From Eledone cirrhosa (Eukaryota): a stretch of 64,000 nt of DNA. Below are positions 44,278 through 56,347 of the stretch, one piece after another. The position numbers and the translations under genes are program-made. Location: assembly GCA_964016885.1 (NCBI GenBank), contig OZ024740.1, positions 121,768,001 to 121,832,000 on the forward strand, given 5' to 3'. The notes under the pieces are model-generated. The model saw only the letters and a list, made by a program, of their open reading frames with translations. It ran no database searches and had not been told where the DNA came from. The first letter of the stretch is position 1. The number at the start of each line of letters is the position of its first letter.

Positions 44278-46963
44278 ATGCTAACAAATAGTTACCTGCC
44301 TTTATCGCTGAAGAATATCCCCACCCCTCTAAGAATACTTACGAAAAACTATTGATAGCTAGTGTTAACTCCTTTGTAAAAAGGATTAGATGGCGTGCTT
44401 TCCACTATGATAATAATAAGAATAGGAAGGACCCCAGGAATAGAACTATTTTTAATAACTACGGCTTCAAAACTTATAAGAGCCCACCACACAATATTCT
44501 GTTAGATAGTTTTGAAAGTGACTTACTCTCTCTTGTCAAAAATATTAGGTATAGGCCAAATAATAGACATAGAAATTATAATAATTTTGATAAGTTCCAG
44601 TCTAGACTTAAAAATATTGTTAAGGGTTTCGGTGAGAATAAGTCCATTCTTGTCCCGGCAGATAAGACTAGGAATCTATACTCCATGGATTATAGTGCTT
44701 ACCGCGACTTTATTTTTAAGGAGCTGCATAGAAACTATAAAAAAACCTACGCTTGAGAATTTGAACCACATCAATAGTGATGGCCTTAGAATTGTCTCTG
44801 ACCTCGGCCTCGATAAGTATACCCAGCCATATTACCCTCGAGAACCGAGATTCACTCTTAAGGATTATAAGGTTGATTTTATTAGTAACCCCTCTGTTAG
44901 ACTCATCTGTCCTTCTAAGTCTGATATAGCCATTATCAGTAAAAAAATCCTTGACCTTATTATACCAGATGTTAGGGATAAGGTTAATTTTAACCTATGG
45001 GGGAACACTAAGGAAGTTATAGATTGGTTCTCCGGGATTAATAGACTTGAATCTAATAATTTATCCAATTCGATATTGATGCCTACTACACATCAATTTC
45101 ACCCATCCTCCTCAATAAAGCTTTAATGTTGGCCATGAGAGTATCCGGCCTTACACGATCACAGGTAGAGATTATACTAGCAGCCCGTAAAACTATTATT
45201 AAATTTGAGGACACATTTTGGACCCGTAAAAACACGCCCAATAATTTCGACGTTACAATGGGTTCGAGTGATTCGGCCCAGGTTACTGATCTTGTTGGGT
45301 TGTTCCTCCTTAATGAACTATATGCTACCTTCCCGCACCTTATAGGCGGACTATATCGTGATGATGCATTGTTTGTAATTAACTCTAGCACCAACAATGT
45401 AGAACATAATAAGAAGAAGCTTTATAAGTTTTTTAAAAGCTATAACCTTTCGATCACGATAGATAGAAATGATAGAGCGGTTAACTTTTTAGATGTGACT
45501 TTGGACTTGGTCACTAATAGTTTTAAACCCTTCCATAAGCCTAATGAAATACTTTCTTATGTTAGTCCCAATTCTAACCACCCCAAGTCTATGATAAGCT
45601 CTATAATTAAGGGTGTATCTAATAGGATTTCCACACTCTCTAAGGACGTAGGAACATTTAATGAACATGCGGAGTACTATAATAATGCCCTAGCAAATTC
45701 AGGTTACTCTAATAAAATACAATATAATAATAGTAACCTTAGAAAGTCTCCGTCTACTTTTAATAATAATAACATAATATCACATAACATGGCCATGAAT
45801 GGGAGTAGCAAACATAGTAACCGTAAAAATTATATAGGTGTATCTGAAACCATCCATAAGTCAAACCACCGGACTCGTAATAGTGAATATAATACCTCTA
45901 GGAAACAAGTTGAACCCCCTGAGCGCTCACACATTGGTGATAATTTTGCTGGATCTTATTCTAATAATATTGCTCCTACTGATCCTATCATTGGCCCTAA
46001 TCCTTATGATGGGATTCCGGACAGCAGCAGATCTACTGGAGGTGGAAACTGTAATAGACAATGAAATTTTGGCTGATTCTATAAATGTGGCTTTAACTAA
46101 TCCTTGTAGTAACCCTAGTCTCGATGGTGGGATATTTGATAATGGTAGAGTCGGTAAGAATAAAAATAGAAGGCGATTAAATACTTATTTTAACCCGCCA
46201 TATAATCAGGAAGTATCAACTAATATCCCTAGGTCTTTCTTCTCTATCTTAGAGAAAAATGTCCCCCCTTCTCATAAATGCCATAGTATTTTTAATAAAA
46301 ATGTTATTAAACTTTCATTCTCTACCACCCCTAATATTAGTTCTCATTTAGCTAGCACTAACAATAGGAAAATTAGGGATGGATTCTCCTCTCTACATAC
46401 TACTAGTCTGAACAGATCTGGCAATGCATTACCACCAGAACAGTCCTTAACTAATAGCAATCCTACGTGTAATGCATCACCACTTGAGTCAACCAATAAC
46501 ACCCGGAAGTGCAATTGTAGAGTGAGATTCCTAACTTCCCTTTAAACGGTAACTGCCTTTCTAAGAACATTGTCTATGCTTGCGAAGTTATAACTAATTC
46601 CTCTAATAGAACTCATATAGGCTCTACATCTAACACTTTTAAGACTAGGTTTAACTCTCATATCTCTAATTTCAAGCATGTTAAGTTTAAGAATTCTACT
46701 TCTTTAGCACATTATAGCTGGGATCTTAAGGGAGCTAATATACCATATAGCCTTAACTGGCGTTTAGTAGCACGCTCTAATCACCTTTCTACACATACTA
46801 AGTTTTGTAATCTCTGTATCCTCGAATCACACTCTATAATCTTCTCTAGCGCATCTTTACTTAATAGAAAGTCTGAGATATTCTCTTCTTGCCCCCATGC
46901 TATTTCTAATTCATACTTTTATTATAAACCTAAACGTTCTAGTAGTACAAATTGTACCCATTA
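44278..46963 (+). pseudogene. PLE RT-GIY-YIG ORF with several frameshifts
   Basis: SLKNIP, RIRWRAF, ADKTRN, VRLICP, FDVTMGS, GLYRDD, NFLDVT, SNHP, YFNPPY, CNC, IVY..HIGST..FKTRF, CNLC, LNRKSE. Confidence 0.92.
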
Positions 46964-47687
46964 GCTGGTATATTCCATTATTTATTTTTTAGTTTAGGTT
47001 CTTTTGTTTGCCAACGTTATTATTATCATCATTATTATCATTGGTTTTTGATGACTCTTTATTCTAACTCTCATAATCTTTTGGCTACTGTACCATATCT
47101 ATCTTCTTATGCATTAAATTTTCACTATTACACCTTATGAATGTATATAAGATTATATATTTTACGCTATTTATTTTATTTTATTCTTATTTTTATTTTT
47201 TTTTATTCGGATTCTTCTTTGGAACCCGCCCCCCCCCCCCATGCGCACATAAACTTAGTGTCAACCCCTCCAAGTTGACTATGATTATATTATATTTAAC
47301 CGCCCCTCCTTTACGCTCCTTTCTATTATGTAATATAGTATATCGACTATATTTTATGCCCCTTTGCATCCTCCATATATTTCTCCATTTCTGTCCCTAT
47401 TAGCCTACCTTAATTCTGCTTAAGTCAGTTCTTTAGATATCGTTATGTATATGATAATAAAAAATGTTCATTCCTTTTTGTAAAGATTTGTAACGAAATA
47501 TTAAGGTTTATAAACTTTAATGACTTAAACTATAGCTAATATTATACTGCCTTATTGAATAGTTTAAATATTTTTAATATTAATTTATCAAATGGGGTTT
47601 TTGAGTCATTTACAGGGGTTGTTTCCTTAGTTTTTACTTAACTACTTAACTGCATGTGAGACCTAAATGTATACGTTTGTTTTTGTT

Positions 47688-48854
47688 TTTTTTAATTTCC
47701 GGTTGATTCTATTTATTTACTTTATTCTATATTTTATATTTTATATTTTATTTGTAATACTACTGTGCATTATATTTACTGTCTGGCACTTACTCACTCA
47801 TCCATATACATGTCTGTCTACCAACCTTGTAATTATAAGTAATTATATATTATATTATATTAATTTATTTTATATAATATATTATATTATATTGTATTTT
47901 TTATTGTAATATTGATCCTTATTACTTACCGTTAATTATATGTAACATTATGATATGTTAAACTTTATATATCATGTAAGATGTTTGAACTTTTGTACCA
48001 TCAACATTTTTTTGAGGTATTGTACAATTTATTTTTCCTCACCTACTCTGTAACCCAGTATGAATTGATTTGTTAACTTGAGTACCTTTATATTGTTTAT
48101 TATAAATGTTAGTATATTGTATATTGTAAATGTTAATATATTATTATTATATTATTATTGTGACATCTATATTGTTTGTGTAAATTAACCGGAGATTATC
48201 TATCCTATTATATTGTATTATATAGTATATAACTGTATTATTTATTATTTATTATATGTGCTACTTATAATTATATCATATTATTACCTCATGTATATTG
48301 GGTAGACGTATTAGTAATATTATTATTATTATTTTCATTCCTATCATGCTTATTTGTATATTCACACTCTTAATAAGGTTTAATTTGTGCAGTTGAAGAT
48401 GGATGTGTGTATTGTTGTATGTGTATGTGTGTGTACGTGTGCGCACATATATACATATGCATATTGTACCTTTTGATTTTTATTGTAATTTTAATGTTGG
48501 TAAAGTTATATTATATTATATTATATTATATTACATTGTATTATATATAATTCCTGCTATATATAACCACCTTTGTTTAGCTCTAGGTTTTGTTTGCTTT
48601 GGACTATATTTGTAATATGGTTCTTAATGTTATATACATCCTTAGTAATTTTTATTATATATTTTTATTATTTTTATTATACATTTTTGCAATACTTTAG
48701 TGTATGGACACTCCATATTCTTCGGAGCTTCCGGCTTGTATCTGCCGATATTACTTCTTGTTGTTTTAATTGCCCTGATGAGTCCTTAATAGGACGAAAC
48801 ATTGTCGGCTAATAAAGACTTTTGATGTATTGAAGGCTCCTTTGTTTTACTCTC

Positions 48855-48858
<4 letters not shown>
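47688..48858 (+). repeat. 3' pseudo-LTR
   Basis: Near-identical to 42922-44101; abuts (TA)n. Confidence 0.95.
48772..48809 (+). ncRNA. Minimal type-I hammerhead ribozyme (canonical core)
   Basis: Identical to 44015-44052. Confidence 0.93.
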
Positions 48859-48900
<42 letters not shown>

Positions 48901-48906
<6 letters not shown>

Positions 48907-49650
48907 GCGAGAAGAAACATTTAGATATAATTAGTAATAAGATGTATCATACCTAAACTGCTTCTAGATTCCTCGACTACGTAGTTTCGTGGCATAATCA
49001 AAAACAATACATCATAGAGATATAGAGCTTTTGTGAGGTATGCCGACTTATCAAGAGGATACCTCATTTTACTAGCTTCAAAGAGCACGTCTATAAGATG
49101 TGAGATAGAATCCCAAAAGGCGGAGGGGGAGTCAATCACGTGATACGACGGTCAAGAAACAGAGCTAAGCCCCTTATAACCCCGAAAAAAATACCACGGA
49201 GGCGGAGGGGGTATTTATATCGAGGCCGCAGAAGAGGTGGTTAAGGAGGCAAGAAGTATGAGTAATGGCAGCTTTCCAGCAGTCACTACACTTCAAGGAT
49301 TACTCGACAAGGGGGAGTTATAAACAATATATTGAGAAACACACAGATACATGCGGACACATACATATACATGAATATATCCACATCCATCCTTGAAACT
49401 ACGTAGTCGAGGAATCTAGAAGCAGTTTAGGTATGATACATCTTATTACTAATTATATCTAAATGTTTCTTCTCTCTTCATAATGTACTTATAGCTCTGG
49501 TTCAGTCTAATCCATTCGGATTGGTTTGTCCCAGTTATTCATAGAGCAACATCGGTTAAGGTTGGCACCATTAACTCAAGGATGGATGTGGATATTTTCA
49601 TGTATATGTATGTGTCCGCATGTATCTGTGTGTTTCTCAATATATTGTAT
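48901..49650. mobile_element. Retrozyme-like family R2: head-to-head, circularly permuted arms
   Basis: 48901-48988 is the reverse complement of 49395-49482; ~49318-49396 is the reverse complement of ~49576-49652; (TA)n on both sides. Confidence 0.8.
48970..49059 (-). ncRNA. Type-I hammerhead, U3-A8 core variant, long stem II
   Basis: Minus strand: TCCTC-TTGATAA-GTCGGCATA...TATGCCAC-GAAAC-TACGTA-GTC-GAGGA. Confidence 0.8.
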
Positions 49651-49677
49651 ATATATATATATATATAGATAGATATA

Positions 49678-49879
49678 TAACGAAGGAAATGTGGTAACGA
49701 ACCAGGTGGACCATAACGCACCAAAGTACTCAATACTTGGGGTAGTAGAGTGGGTAATAGGAACGAGTAGGACCCCGACGGCTGAGCTCAAGCCGTCTCG
49801 ACGGCTAATTATGGACTAAATTTAGTCCAGAATTAGCTGTCGAAACGGCTAGAGCTCAGCCGTCGGGGTCCTACTCGTT

Positions 49880-49884
<5 letters not shown>
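49678..49884. mobile_element. Fold-back element family P, copy 2 (near-perfect ~127-bp palindrome 49757-49884)
   Basis: Arms are reverse-complementary about ~49820; GAAAC-GGCT AGAGCTC AGCC-GTC-GGGG at 49842-49868. Confidence 0.85.
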
Positions 49885-49942
<58 letters not shown>

Positions 49943-51559
49943 TTGTTTTAAATTTCGACAGGGTCAAATAATTTCTACTTTATTTACTAAATATCTTTGA
50001 AACTATACATTCAGACACATGTAGTGAATTATGTAAAATGATTCTTGTGATACCTTTTACCTTACACATTTTCCCGTTAATAAATACATGTTGATTATTT
50101 AACACCACATAAATGTCTTCTTCACCTTGATATTGGCATTAATTTAAGTGTTAATTATTTAATGCTGGAATATATTTCATTCCAAATGTTGTGATATTTG
50201 GAGTATTTTATAACCGACTAACAGAAAAATTGTATGTATGAAGAATGGGCGCCTTAGCCTAATCGGCCTAAATTAAGCCACGTTTCTTGTCTGTAATCAA
50301 ATAATGATTCATTTTGCTTGAACACGATTTTCATTACATTTTTTCAATAACAATGTCTGTGATTTTAATTCCTGTGGCTTAATTATTCAATCCAGTTTTT
50401 GTTCTTAGCGAATTCTACGTTTCTCTTTGTAATCCATTTAAAGCAAAAATCTGTTATTTAAATATTCAAATCCTTTACACGGGCTTAATGCTGTTATTTT
50501 TTATCATTCCAAATATCGTTTGTACATTGTAAAATAAGAAAATGCATGTGGATTTTGTTGAGATCTATATTTGTATTAAACTAGATGTTTCATACTAGTT
50601 CTCTTCAGAGAAAACTAATGAAAACCCCGTTCAAAAAGGTAATCTACGCCAACTCCATCGAGCAATGCCAGTTTTGATAGATTAGACAACAATGTTCAAC
50701 CAGTGTATTTAATTCTTTGTTAAAATGCCATTGATTGGTAATCATGGCACAGGTGGTAAACAATCTATACACGTCCCAACGTTAAATTCAATAAAGATTT
50801 ATTAGCATAGGATAGGGACATCATATATTATCTAGTATATCTGGTATTCTCATTCATTAGATATATAAATATTTCCAGTATCAAAGAATTCAAACATTAT
50901 ATATCAGGGAGTTTCGTGTTCTAAACAATCCAATAGGAACTGAGAAACTTGTTTTGCAGTTGAGAAAGAGATCAATCTAGTTGTGAGTGTTGGCACTGTC
51001 AGGGAGGTCAATAGTGAAGGAAAGAAGCTGATATATAGAAATGATGCGCAAAAAAGATGCACTCTCTGAGTAATGACAGAAGAAGGGGATGCATGTAGAG
51101 ACTAGAAGAGTTGTAAACATCAAAGTCTTTGAGGATGATGACTTCGCGGAATGTCAACAAGGTAAGACATATATTTGAAGATATGTTAGCAAGTTAAAAG
51201 AGTGCTAAAAGGAGCAGAAGTATTTGGAAGACTATATTGTGTAGGGTTTCAGGTAGCATTACGAGAAACCTTGGGAACGAATGTATGTACTGACACGTCG
51301 TTGGAATTAAGTTTGAAATGTGTTGGCATGACATCAGTGATAGTTCGCAAACATTTGATTTTCTGACTGGAATAAGATGTAGATGCTGCTTGTTAATAGG
51401 TGAGCTGTACATGGGAAATATGTAGGATTTATACTTCACTGTACTCCAAGATAAGGCGGGTGTTACCACTCAGGAATGATGTTAGGTTTTCACCATTCAT
51501 GCATGAAATAATGTTCATATATGTCTTTGCTACTGATTACATACACACATACAGAAATA

Positions 51560-51735
51560 AGAGGGTGCTTCAAATATTACGTGGAAAAGGGACAGTTGAA
51601 AAAACAGTTTAAGTTATGACTTTTATTTTTCAACATATGCTCCATCTTGGTCAATACACTTCTGCCAGCGTTAATACCAGTATTTCTATTCATCTGTGTA
51701 AAACTGTGGACCATGCGATTTAAACCATGACAAAG
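51560..51735 (-). mobile_element. Mariner transposase C-terminal relic plus element end
   Basis: Minus strand reads WFKSHGPQFY..RWQKCIDQDGAYVEK*, the typical mariner C-terminus. Confidence 0.75.
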
Positions 51736-51959
51736 TAGTATTTATTTTACATCTGCAACCTAATCTCTTCCACCCTAGCTTCACCATGAATTTGATTATT
51801 TGAGGGAGACCATGTTACATGAGCAGGTGATGACATAGTGTGATCTCAGGAAGTTTAGCTAAGAACGTTGGCTTTATATAGAGCAGTTGCACCAGAACAC
51901 TAACCAGCCAACGACCGCCGAGAACAAGAACTAAAACATTCCTGGAGGGCTCAATAGTA

Positions 51960-52535
51960 ACAGTAGACAGCGTCTGCTACTTAGGTGACCACATGGGGAG
52001 TGGTGTTGGGTATTCTGAAAGTACAGTAGAAAGAGTAAGAACGGGATGGAAGAAATTCAGGGAGCTACAAATACTGCTGGCTATAAAAGGCTTTTCGCTC
52101 ATAATGAAAGGCAGACTGAATGATGCGTGCATACGAACATCAATGTTGCATGGTTGTGAGACCTTGGAGCTGTGTGCAGGAAGCTTACGTAGATTGGAAA
52201 GAGTTGGAAGCGGCATGCTCCGATGGATGTGTAAATGTAATATACGAGAACTGCGAAGCATAAAAGAACTGAGAAAGAAACTAGGCATAAGAGATATCAA
52301 ATGATGTGTGCAGGAGAGGACATTACGTTGGTATGGACATGCGATGCGTATGAAGGATGGCAGTTGCATAAAAAGGCACAGAGCACTCAAGGTCGATGGA
52401 AACCTTTGAGTTGGGAGATACAGGAAGACTTGGGATGAGGGGATAAAAGCCGACCTTTCTCAAGTGCACCTCTTAAAGGCGAGGACACAAGGCCGAGATC
52501 TGTGGCGATACGCAGTAATACAGAAGACCCGAATT
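51960..52535 (+). mobile_element. RTE-clade LINE 3' fragment
   Basis: YLGD, RVRTGWKKFREL, KGRL..ACIR..MLHGCET, MLRWMC, LRWYGH, GR.RKTW. Confidence 0.88.
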
Positions 52536-52719
52536 CCCATGGCCATGACATGCAGCATATATGCAGTATGCCCTAACCCGAAATCCCTTAACCCCCTATG
52601 AAGACAGGGCGACGTAAATGCATCTAGTAAAGCCCCCAGCCCAAACTGTAAAGAGGACGTGATGGTGACACGGGAAAAAGGGCCCAGCCTACACTGTAAA
52701 ATACACCCAGTCCACACTA

Positions 52720-52920
52720 TAAAGTGGTCGTGTAAGGCAATCAGAAACCACTGTAAATGAGTTTGGCGTTGGGAAGGACAGCCAGCTGTAGATACTAAGC
52801 CAGAATCAGTCCTTTATGAGCAATATATGGTCACCTGAGCTAGCATTACCCACAATAGGACAACGCGTATAACGCATGCTAGCGTGGAAATTAGACGTAA
52901 AACGGTGGTGATGATGAGGA
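52720..52920 (+). mobile_element. Decayed SINE/RTE-related 3' tail
   Basis: TTGGCGTTGGGAAGGACAGCCAGCTGTAG motif and (GAT)-like tail resemble a common cephalopod repeat (from memory). Confidence 0.45.
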
Positions 52921-53538
52921 TATATTATATATACACACATAATACATACATATATATATATATATACACACGTGTGTGTGTGCGTGTATATATATATATA
53001 TATATGTATGTATTATGTCGGTACCTACCACAAAACATCGACAGACACACACACAGACGCATATATATATATATATAAAGATACATGATTTGATTATTGG
53101 GGTCGACTAGAAACGCTCAAACGTCATTCTGTCCAACATCGCCATGATCGCTACATCATCTGCAAGATGTGGGAAATATTCAGTCGGCATTTCGCAAATC
53201 ATGCTGCCATCACCTTTAAGGTACACCCATGTCTTGGGTCCCATGCTATCCACCAACAACAAAAATCACACTCGCATCTAATAACAACAATACAGCACAA
53301 TGATTTTACCTCAATTGGCCGCGCCCTCATTAACATTACACTCAAACACATTAAAACAAAGCTAGACAACATAAATAAAGTTGAAGAAGTCCTTCAACAA
53401 ACCTCCTATACACGGATATGTCCCAGCAAACAATAACTCTCTAATTGAGTGGGCCATGGTGTCCAAATACTGATTTAATAGCGGTGCTATTAAGTTAGAT
53501 ATGGCCTGGGCAAATACTGGCCGAGATCTATCAAAGTA

Positions 53539-53610
<72 letters not shown>

Positions 53611-53614
<4 letters not shown>

Positions 53615-53777
53615 AGAAAGTATGACCCGACGGTAGAAATAGTACTGAAAGAGTCGTCGAAACGGCTTCAGCTCTACTGACGGGGTCATACTTTCTCCTA
53701 TTACCTACTCTACTACCCTAAGTATTGAGTACTCTGGTGCGTTATGGTCCATCTGGTTCCTTACCACAAATCCTCCG

Positions 53778-53780
<3 letters not shown>
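53611..53780 (+). mobile_element. Fold-back element family P, copy 3
   Basis: Inverted arms 53611-53637 / 53673-53700; GTCGAAACGGCT; tail homologous to the reverse complement of 49678-49757. Confidence 0.75.
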
Positions 53781-53820
<40 letters not shown>

Positions 53821-53942
53821 TATAATAGGTTACTTGTCTAAAAACCTAGCATTTCGAGCCACTTTTTTCCATATAAAAGAGAAGTAACATTCGAACACCA
53901 ACCAGATGCAAGAAAAACGACAACCCCTCCATTCCAATTCTA

Positions 53943-53978
53943 CTTTTGAAAAGCACAAGAACTGCGAAACCGGTAAAG
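53943..53978 (+). ncRNA. Minimal type-I hammerhead, U3-A8 variant
   Basis: CTT-TTGAAAA-GCA CAAGAAC TGC-GAAAC-CG-GTA-AAG; palindromic ACCGGT stem III. Confidence 0.65.
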
Positions 53979-54121
53979 AAACAACATAAACATTTTTAAA
54001 AAGACTGTAGTTGCATTTTCGATTTCACCTTTTTTCTTTATAATATATATGAAGACCTTACGCTATTGTTTTAAAGTAGTGACTATGTCACTTACTTCTT
54101 TTGTCAGCAAACAAAGGGAGA

Positions 54122-54169
54122 TAAGCTGACAGATCTCTGTTTGGTACTGTTGGTACTCCTCAGAGCTTA
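54122..54169 (-). ncRNA. Type-I hammerhead (G12->C)
   Basis: TAAGCT-CTGAGGA-GTAC CAACA GTAC-CAAAC-AGAGATCT-GTC-AGCTTA. Confidence 0.75.
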
Positions 54170-54528
54170 CCACCCCTTTTTCCTGCTGAATATTATTGAA
54201 TGTTGGATTCTTTTAGAATTCCAGTAATAATCAGGAACTGATTATAGAGAGCGGTGCCGGTCAAGCAAACATTGAACATTAGAATTGGTGCTTTGAAAAA
54301 GCCATATATATATATGAATGTATATATATAGTGTATTTTGCAATAGACTGTATGCTTAATTAAAAGTATTTTGAAGACTTTAAGTAAGCATACAGGGTAT
54401 TGCAAAATACACTATATACTCTGTATAATCAGTTAATCGGCAACCGCTCTGTATAATCAGTTCCTGATTATTACTGGAATTATATAAGAATCCAACATTC
54501 ATAATTTTCAGCATGCAGAGGGAGTGGC

Positions 54529-54574
54529 AAGCTCTGAGGAGTACCAACAGTACCAAACTGAGAGATGTCAGCTT
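54529..54574 (+). ncRNA. Type-I hammerhead (G12->C)
   Basis: AAGCT-CTGAGGA-GTAC CAACA GTAC-CAAAC-TGAGAGAT-GTC-AGCTT. Confidence 0.72.
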
Positions 54575-54811
54575 ATCTCCCTTTGTGTACGGAAAAAAGA
54601 AGTAAGTGACATAGTCACTATTTTTAACATAATAGCGTAAGGTCTTCAAAATGCTTTTAATTAAGCATACTGTGTATTGCAAAATAGACTATATATACAT
54701 TCATATATATATATATCGCTATTTCAGCGCCCCAATTCTAATATATATATATATATGTATATACATATATATAAATATATACGTGTGTCTGGTTTTGTGT
54801 GTGTGAATATA

Positions 54812-54895
54812 TACAATGTGTCCTTCAAACATCTATGCATAGTTCAACAACATTCTAATAAATATGTGTATACATATTTTGGGGACACACTGTAT
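54812..54895. mobile_element. Tc1/mariner-type MITE (~80 bp)
   Basis: Imperfect TIRs TACAATGTGTCCTTCAAA / TTTGGGGACACACTGTA flanked by TA. Confidence 0.55.
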
Positions 54896-55939
54896 ATATC
54901 ATGCACTCATCTGTCCATCTCGACGTATGAGTGTCTAGTTGCTTTACCTAAGTCAGTTAGTGGTAGTCCGACCCGACGAGGATGTGTCAACAAATATGTC
55001 GCCAAAGTCTTTCAAAAAAGGGTACATGTGATACAACAGTGTAGGCTTTGAGAGAGTTTAATTGGAAATAGAGCAAATGCGTTTGTCATCAATCATGCCT
55101 CTTCAAAATGCTGAAGTCAACTACATTCAAACACCTTAATGGTACCATAACAACTCGTTTTTCCCTTTTCTCTGTCCAGACTACTCGATCTAATATATTC
55201 ATGTGTGTATCTACAAACTGTATGAAAGCATCCCTTCTGGAACACATTTAGCTGATATCATTGTGTACCATATGGAGTCCAGAATCCACAACCATACATA
55301 TATAATAAATGCATGTTGGTTAATGATTAGGGTGTCTATTCATGGAACAGATGGAGCGTTGTGTTCTTAAGTAAAACACTTCATTTACATATTGCTGTAG
55401 TCCAGTCAGCTGAAAATGAGAAACAGCAGTAGCTGTGCTTTTGTCCTGCGATCAACTGGCCTCCTGTTAAGGAGATAGTGATGAAATTAATGCCTATGAA
55501 TGTGAGTTAAACACCGGAGTGGTGACTGTCTTGGCTTGGATCTAGCTTTCATCTATTTTCTTCTCCACAAACACGAATATATGAATGTATTTTTGAATAT
55601 ATGAATGTATATATATGAATATATGAAGTTAAATCGTGTGAAACCATAGCCGGACTAGAAGCTGATGAGTGTATAAAAATGTTTGTATGATATTCTGGCG
55701 TTCATTGTCTTCCTTTTCCTCTTTCTTCCTATCACTTCTGTAGACAAAAACACATCTGGCCGCTTAATTCTGTTCTTTCAGGTATAATTTACCCAACACT
55801 CTCCCTGACGACATTTTGCTCTTTTAAGAGCTTCATTGTGATTAGTGCATCTCATTATTCTACGAATTCCAATACACTCGCGCTTCAAACTCAATATCTC
55901 GATATACGGTATAACTTGTATACATACATACATACATAC

Positions 55940-56292
55940 ATGGTGGCTCCCAACTCGTTTTCAAGTACGGACACTACTTTATATCCATGTAGGAGAACCC
56001 CCAAAGATGCACTGAACGAGTGTGACTTTTTAGTCCAGCCAGAGCAAACTCACTGCACAAAGCCAGTCCCACTCTCTTAACCAAGATGATATTTACGAAA
56101 AAGAATAACAAGTCAACATCATTGGATACCATCAGAGTTGCAGGTGTTATATCAGAGTTTTCCTTCTCCTAGAATTATGCCTTGACAAAGGCTAAGGGAT
56201 CATCTCTGATATATATATATATATATACACATATATACATACATATATACATACACATATATATATATATACATACACATATACATACATAT

Positions 56293-56347
<55 letters not shown>

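Larger units (their letters stand above)
42811..48858 (+). mobile_element. Near-complete Penelope-like element with two pseudo-LTRs and a 5' inverted segment, inserted in (TA)n
   Basis: Direct repeats 42922-44101 and 47688-48858; 42811-42914 is the reverse complement of 44100-44203; RT and GIY-YIG lie between them. Confidence 0.95.
54051..54742. mobile_element. Retrozyme-like family R1: head-to-head dimer of a ~322-nt circularly permuted monomer
   Basis: Minus arm 54378->54051 begins and ends in GTCTTC; plus arm 54385-54742 repeats TAAGCATAC..TATTGCAAAATA at 54385 and 54662; HHR in both arms. Confidence 0.85.

Noticed and set aside
50960-51161. Exon-like segment (ttttgcag ... aag|gtaaga)
   Set aside because: Multiple stops in the plausible frame and no recognisable protein
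55638-55680. GAAAC...CTGATGAG resembling a type-III hammerhead
   Set aside because: No consistent stems found
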